From Prorocentrum cordatum (Eukaryota): a stretch of 53,722 nt of DNA. The stretch covers positions 62,001 to 115,722 of the forward strand of contig CAUYUJ010000291.1 in assembly GCA_963575745.1 (NCBI GenBank), in the 5' to 3' direction. Made by a program: the position numbers and the translations under genes. This document shows positions 47,529 to 53,722 of this stretch, piece after piece; the stretch's first letter is position 1, and each line of letters starts with the position of its first letter. Under the pieces are notes generated by a model. The model was not told the DNA's origin. It ran no database searches and saw only the letters and a list, made by a program, of their open reading frames with translations.

Positions 47529-49068
47529 TTTCCGAACCATCCTGTGGTGTTAGGTCCTCGTTTTGAAGAGACGTCGCTTCGCGTCCTCTCCTCCTCTCCT
47601 CCTCCTCCCCTCCCTCCCTCCTTCCATGCGTTTCACCCACCCAGCACAGCGCTTCGCGGCCCCATAGGGAGCTCCACCGAAGCCACCAGTGGGACCGCCC
47701 GCATGCGTTCCCCACACCCAATTGGGCATTTTCACCCACCCAGCACAGCTCTTCGTGGCCCAATAGGGAGCTCCACCGAAGCCCCCAGTGGGACCGCCCG
47801 CATGCGTCCCCCACACCCATCTTGTACTGTCACCCACCCAGCACAGCGTTTTGTGGCCACATAGGGAGCTCCACCGAAGCCCCCAGTGGGACCGCCCGCA
47901 TGCGCCCCCCCCCACACCCAATTTGGCACTTTCACTCACCCAGAACAGTGTTTCGTGGCCCAGTAGGGAGCTCCACCGAAGCCCCCAGTGGGACCGCCCG
48001 TATGCGTCCCCCACACCCATCTGGCACTGTCACCCACCCAGCACAGCGTTTTGTGGCCACATAGGGAGCTCCACCGAAGCCCCCAGTGGGACCGCCCGCG
48101 TGCGCCCCCCACACCCAATTTGGCACTTTCACTCACCCAGAACAGTGTTTCGTGGCTCCATAGGGAACTCCACCGAAGCCCCCAATGGGACCGCCCGCAT
48201 GCGTCCCACATGCGTCCCCCACATCCCATTTGGCATTATCACCCACCCAGTACAGCGCTTCGTGGCCCAATAGGGAACCCCACCGAAACCCCCAGTGGGA
48301 CCGCCCGTATGCGTCCCCCACACCCAACTTGGAAATGTCACCCACCCAGTACAGCGCTTCGTGGCCCCACAGGGGGCCCCACCGAAGACCCCAATGGGAC
48401 CGTCCGCGTGCGTCCCCCACACCTGATTTGGCATTGTCACCCACCCAGTACAGCGCTCCGGGGCCCCATAGGGAGCTCCACCGAAGCCCCCAATGGGACT
48501 GCCCGCATGCGTCCACCATGCCCTATTTGGCATTTTCACCCGCCCAGTACAGCGCTTCGTGGCCCCATAGGGAACTCCACCGAAGCCCCCATTGGGACCG
48601 CCCGCATGCGTCCCCCACCGGGAGCTCCGCCGACGCCTCCAGTTGGACCGCCCGCATGCGTCTGCGTCCCCCACACCCAATTTGACATTTTCACCGGCCC
48701 AGTACAGCGCTTCGTGGCTCCATAGGGAGCCCCACCGAAGCCCTTAGTGGGGCTGCCCGCATGCGTCCCCCACACCCAATTTGGCATTCTCGCCCACCCT
48801 TTACAACGCTTCGCGGCCCCATGGGGGCTCCACCGAAGCCCCCAATGGGACCGCCCGCGTGCGTCCCACGCGCCGAATTTGGTATTTTCACTCGCCCAGT
48901 GCAGCGCTTCGTGGCCTCATAGGGAGCGTCACCGACGGCCCCAGTGCTACCGCCCGCATGCGTTCCTCCCCGCCCAGCGCAGCGCTTCGTGGCCCAATAG
49001 GGAGCTTCACCGAAGAAGATATTCACAATTGCGGTACCCACAACTTCATACGGTTGGGTCCTTCGCCA
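47529..49068 (-). mobile_element. Composite element with diverged ~89-bp satellite (copy 2, inverted)
   Basis: AACCATCCTGTGGTGTT..GTCCTCGTTTTGAAGAGAC at the left, array at about 47630-49015, GGTTGGGTCCTTCGCCA at the right. Confidence 0.7.
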
Positions 49069-49807
49069 GGATAATTTTCTGGCTGCAGGTCTGAGGGATG
49101 GAATGCGAACACGTCCCTCCCGAGCAGTGGACTACGAAGCCGTTCTTCCCGAGCAGCGATGACATTGTGTAGTCTCTTATTGTGGACTGCCTGCGCTGCC
49201 CTGCTTTGGGTATCTTCGTGCGCTTCTGCATTCGCGCTGGTTGCCGCGCTGGCTTCTGCGTGCCATTGGCCCGTCTACCCTACTGGGTTTGGTCTGTGGA
49301 AGTCAAAGATGCGTGCCTCCAACAGTCCTGCCTCGTTTACGTTTTCGGTTTGGATGCTGGCGCCACTTATTGCAGGGCGGAGTGCCGCCGCCGTGCGGAA
49401 CATTAGCAGGTCCGCCGTCTCGGGTCTCATCTTCGTATAGTTGTCGTGGGGTTTACTTCAGTTGTTTTGTGTGTGGGTTTCACGTTGAGGCCCCGCCCGC
49501 CCGCGCCCTGTCTCCCAACTTAGTGCTTCGCCCGCCCCGCCTAGCTCTTAACTGGAAGAGGCCGGCTCTCGACCCGCCGACTAAAAAAGTGTGGGTTTCA
49601 TGTGATGCAGTTTTTGGAGCAGCTTGGGGCCTTCATCGTGCCGTCGTAACGTACTCGGGGACCGCCGTTGGGCCGTCTTGGCGCCGTCTGGCGCCGTCGA
49701 ACAGCTTGTTGAGGCCATAGTGGTTTCCATGGGACCCCCTTGAGCAGTCTTGTTTGCCTCTTCAGCCATCGTGGGACATGTTGGGCCGTCTTGAGGTTTT
49801 TGGTTTT

Positions 49808-52067
49808 TTTCCACAACCATCCTGTGGTGTTGCGTCCTCGTTTTGAAGAGACGGTGCCCCGCGTTCCTCTCCTCTCCTCCTCTCTCATCCCGGCGATTCA
49901 CCCACCCAGGACAGCGTTTCGTGGCCCCATAGGGAGCCCCACCTAAGGCCCCAGTGGCGCAGCTCGCATGGCGCCCCCGCCCCATTTTGGCACATCCCTC
50001 ACACGTTTCGTGGCCCCATAGGAAACTGCACCTAAGGTCCAGTGGCGCAGCTCGCATGGCGCCGCCACCCCATTTTGGCACAACCCTCACACGCGTCGTG
50101 GCCCGAATAGGAAGCTCCACCTAAGACCCCAGTGGCGCAGCTCGCATGGCGCCGGCGCCCCATTTTGGCACACCCCTCACACGCGTCGTGGCCCCATAGG
50201 GAGCTCCACCTAAGGTCCCAGTGGGGCAGCTCGTGTAGCCTCGCATGCTTCGTGGCCCCATAGGGAGCTCGAACTAACGTCCCAGTGGCGCAGCTCGCAT
50301 GGTGCCGCCGCCCCATTTTGGCACTCCGCTCACACGTTTTGTGGCCGCATATGGAGTTCCACCTAAGGTCCCATTCGCACGTTTCCTGGCCCCGTAGGGC
50401 GCCCCCCCTGAGGTCTCACTGACGCAACTCGCATGGCGCCGATACCCCATTTTGGCACACCCCTCGCACGTTTCGTGGCCCCAGTGGCGCAGCTCGCATG
50501 GCGCCGCCGCCCCATTTTGGCACACCTCTCACACGTTTCGTGGCCCCAATAAGGGCCTCCATCTAAAGCCCCAGTGGCGCAGCTCGCATGGCGCCGCCGC
50601 CCCATTTTTGGCACACCCCTCTCACGTGGAGTGGCCCTATAGGGAGCTTGAACTAAGCTCCCAGTGGCGCAGCTCGCATGGCGCCGCCGCTCCATTTTGG
50701 CACGGACGGCCCCAGTGGCACAGGCCGCATGGTGCCGCCGCCCAATTTCGGCACATCTCTCACATGTTTCGTTGCCCCATAGGGTGCTCCACCTAAAACC
50801 CCAATGGCGCAGCTCGCATGGCGCCGCCGCCCCATTTTGGCACACCCGTCACACGTTTCGTAGCCCAACAGGGGATTCCACCTCTAAGGTCCCAGCGGCG
50901 CAGCTCGCATGGCGCCGCCACCCCATTTTGTGACACACCTCGAATTGTTCGTGGCCCCATAGGGAGCTCCGCCTAAGGCCCCAATGGCGCAGCACGCATG
51001 GCGCCGCCGCCCCGTTTTGGCACACCCTTCACACGCTTCGTGGCCCCACAGGGAGCTCCACCTAAGGTCTCACTGGCGCAGCTCGCATTGCGCCGCCGCC
51101 CACCGCCCCACTTTGGCACACCCCTTACACGCTTCGTGACCCCAATACGGAGCCCTCCTCAGGTCCCAGTGGCGCAGTTTGCATAGAGTTCTTTCTGGCA
51201 AGGCCGCCAGAAGGCTTGCGGAAACAGCTGGAGCAGTTTGCCACGCGCACGAAACGGTGCAGGAGGGATGCGGCGGCCTTCGCCAGGGAGCGGAGCTTTA
51301 CCGAGTTTATCCGCGAGGCTTGACCTGAGGAGCGGCCTGCCCGAGCCTCGCCGTCTCTCGACGGTCTGACTAATTGGCCTCGCGCCGCGGGCGACCCGCG
51401 CGCGTCGTTGGGATCCTCTCGGGGCGACCAGCGCGCGTCGCGGGAGTTCCGCGCTGCGCTCTGCCCAGAGCCTCGCTCGCCCCCGTCGGCGCTTTGCCCA
51501 GCGGCTTGCCCGTTATCAGCCAGCCAGCTAGCTCTCTCTGCTCCGCGCAGCGGACGACCCGCGCGCGTCACCGGGGCCCCTCCGGGGCGACCAACGCGCG
51601 TCGCGGGGACTCCGTGCGGCGCCGCGCCTGCAGCCGTGGACGTGGGCGTGCGCGGGCAAAAACGGGGAGACAAAACAACGGGAAGGAAACGGGCGCGATC
51701 CTCGTGAGGAGCGTGCCGACACAGGCGTCGCGGCGTGCGGGCGTTGTTGTCGGGGTTCCAGGGAAAGCTTCCTGAGGCGGCCACGCCCAGTGTCACGCGC
51801 GCTCAGGGTCAGGCGTAGATCACTCGTGCTCAGGGTCCGGCATACGCGACCACGCTCGCAGTCGTGCAACCATACTCAATCGCGCGCAGACTCATTCACA
51901 CTCAGACTCACTGGCGTTCAGACTCACCCACGCTCAGTCTTTCGTAATTCGGCCTGTCGTCTTCGTTGTCGTTGTTTACCCCGCCGCGCAAGTCGGCGCA
52001 CCCGTTTCATGCGGTTCGTAGCCCCAACTGCGGCACTCACAGCTGCATATGGTTGGGTCCTTCGCCA
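49808..52067 (-). mobile_element. Composite element with ~89-bp satellite (copy 3, inverted, interrupted at about 51186-52030)
   Basis: Same terminal motifs as copies 1 and 2; array at about 49900-51185 with a CCCATTTTGGCACAC core. Confidence 0.65.
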
Positions 52068-52305
52068 GGCTAATTTGGGGCCCTTGTGGAGGCATTCTGG
52101 GCCGTCTTCAGACAATCTTCGGACGTCTCGGGGCCACATCGTGCCGTCGTCGAGGCATTTTGGGCCATCGTGGTGTCTTTGGTTGCCTGCGAGGGTGGTT
52201 TTGTAATCTCGGGGCGCGTATCCGTTGTTTTTTAACGAGGGACCGTGGCTTCGACGGCCCTGGGGCGCTTGTGAGCGGTGCCTGGGAACGCGTGGCGTGC
52301 ATGAT

Positions 52306-52635
52306 CCTTGAGCGGGTGCGCGTGAACGGAACGTCTACGATGGAGCAGCCAAACGGGAATGGCGCAGTCTTCGAACAGGCGCGCATGGAATGAGGGTTCA
52401 GGCATTCGTTGTCATGCGGGAACCGCACCATCCTCGGGCGGGTACGCGTGGCAGGGGTGGCTGGGCAGCAGTTGCTTTGCGGGGATTGCACGTTCCGCGA
52501 AAACGCGCGTATGGCATGATGATTCAGGCAGTGGTTGCCATGCGGGAAGTGCACATTCCTCGAGCGGGCACGCGTGGGATGGGGGACTATGCATGAACTG
52601 CCATGTTGGAGGTGCACCATCCTCGAGCGGGCACA
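52306..52635. repeat. Degenerate 63-bp minisatellite
   Basis: CCTCG(A/G)GCGGG anchors at 52432, 52558 and 52621 (multiples of 63). Confidence 0.65.
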
Positions 52636-53011
52636 AAGGATGTGGCTTCGGTGAGTAGGGGGGATGCACGCGACAGTCCGCGATTAGGGGGATGGGGTCC
52701 TTTATCCGAATTCAAAGTATCCTACCAGACAGGTCTTGGCATTCCTCCACGCACCAGCGTGCCAGGAGGCACGGTGGCGGATATCTGGTTTGACCTAGCT
52801 GAGAAGTTGTTTACAGTTCGGACAGTGGCTTGGGCGATAGATGACCGGATCCAGAATTCCCGTAAATCGCCTGAGGCATTTGTGACGCACATGTAAGTTA
52901 GGTCAGGCCAGACTTAATCCGCCTCGGCATCCATTGATAGTCCCGCCCGATCTTTTTAGTATTTCCGCGCGGATCCCAGCAGCGGCCGAACACGGCCAAA
53001 CACCCCCCGTC

Positions 53012-53161
53012 GTGGGGAAAACCAGCCGTGCCAATACCGCTACTCCCCTCTCCCGGGGTGCGTTCTGACCAGCATCTCGATCCGACCCCGGCGGTGGCGA
53101 CGAGGGCGTCCGAGGAGGCCACAAAGTGCAAAAATCGGGGCGCGGGCAACGGCATGGGTAC
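53012..53161 (-). mobile_element. Second copy of the intron-2 (Introner-like) element
   Basis: The reverse complement begins GAG|GTACCCATGCCGTTG and aligns with 9307-9460. Confidence 0.7.
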
Positions 53162-53351
53162 CTCTCCCGACGCGAGAAGTGTGGAGGACGATCAATGGAG
53201 AGGAAGCAGGTTGCCAAACAATTCCCAGGTGTCCAGAACATGTGTTAGAATTGTCTCAGACATGTCAAACACAGGTTTTGACCATTCCCACGACAGTTGC
53301 CCGACATTTGAATCACATGCTTAATTCGATGATAGCACTGTGAGGGTGTCC

Positions 53352-53517
53352 CAAGGGCTCCCTCGAGGGCGCGAAGTTATTCGCGCTTCGCGCTTCGCGG
53401 TCCTCGTTCCTTCTCCTCCTCCTCCTCGTCCTCCTCTTCTCCCCCTTGGGGGGCGGCGCGAGAGCGCGAAGCTATTCGCGCTTCGCGCAGCGCGAAACGC
53501 GAACTTAGGAGCCCTTG
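53352..53517. mobile_element. MITE with TIR CAAGGGCTCC and 6-bp TSD GTGTCC
   Basis: TSD at 53346-53351 and 53518-53523. An empty-site-like homolog GGGTGTCC|ATTGTCGTCGCA is at about 37923-37945. A related copy (about 28866-35269) is split by the LINE. Confidence 0.75.
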
Positions 53518-53648
53518 GTGTCCATGGTCGTGGCAGCCGCAACGCGAGCACCTCTGCAAAACCCGCCGCAGGGCTGCGATGCGCGGCGGTGCCCGCGGCG
53601 CCCCGAGGGCCCGGGGACCGGTGGCCCTCGCAGGACCGCTGGCCGGAA

Positions 53649-53681
<33 letters not shown>

Positions 53682-53722
53682 GAGGAGGAGGAGGAGGAGG
53701 AGGAGGGAGGGAAGGGGGGGAG

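Overview
GC-rich, repeat-dense eukaryotic nuclear DNA. It is almost certainly dinoflagellate, based on a perfect 22-nt dinoflagellate spliced leader (SL) at 28958-28979, GC 5' splice donors and AG|G acceptors. The exact genus cannot be fixed from sequence alone. Main contents: (1) A + strand multi-exon gene with at least 6 exons traced from 7333 to about 24750 (about 2,380 aa so far; 3' end not found). It encodes an FG-repeat, Nup214/Nup159-like nucleoporin: putative N-terminal beta-propeller, SPF and GGLFG repeats, and a coiled coil, interleaved with five copies of a 42-aa helical module. (2) A full-length but frameshifted 6.1-kb non-LTR retrotransposon (ORF1 zinc finger plus coiled coil; ORF2 APE-RT-CCHC-RNase H). 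It begins exactly with the spliced leader, ends in a (TCTCA)n tail and is flanked by a perfect 17-bp target-site duplication (TSD), so it appears to be a LINE retrotransposed from an SL trans-spliced RNA. (3) An intron of the nucleoporin gene that matches a dispersed element elsewhere in the window (Introner-like). (4) A foldback-like element, several MITE-like families, an element carrying an 89-bp satellite, degenerate gene fragments and many microsatellites. Most ORFs in the supplied track are artefacts of GC-rich or low-complexity DNA.
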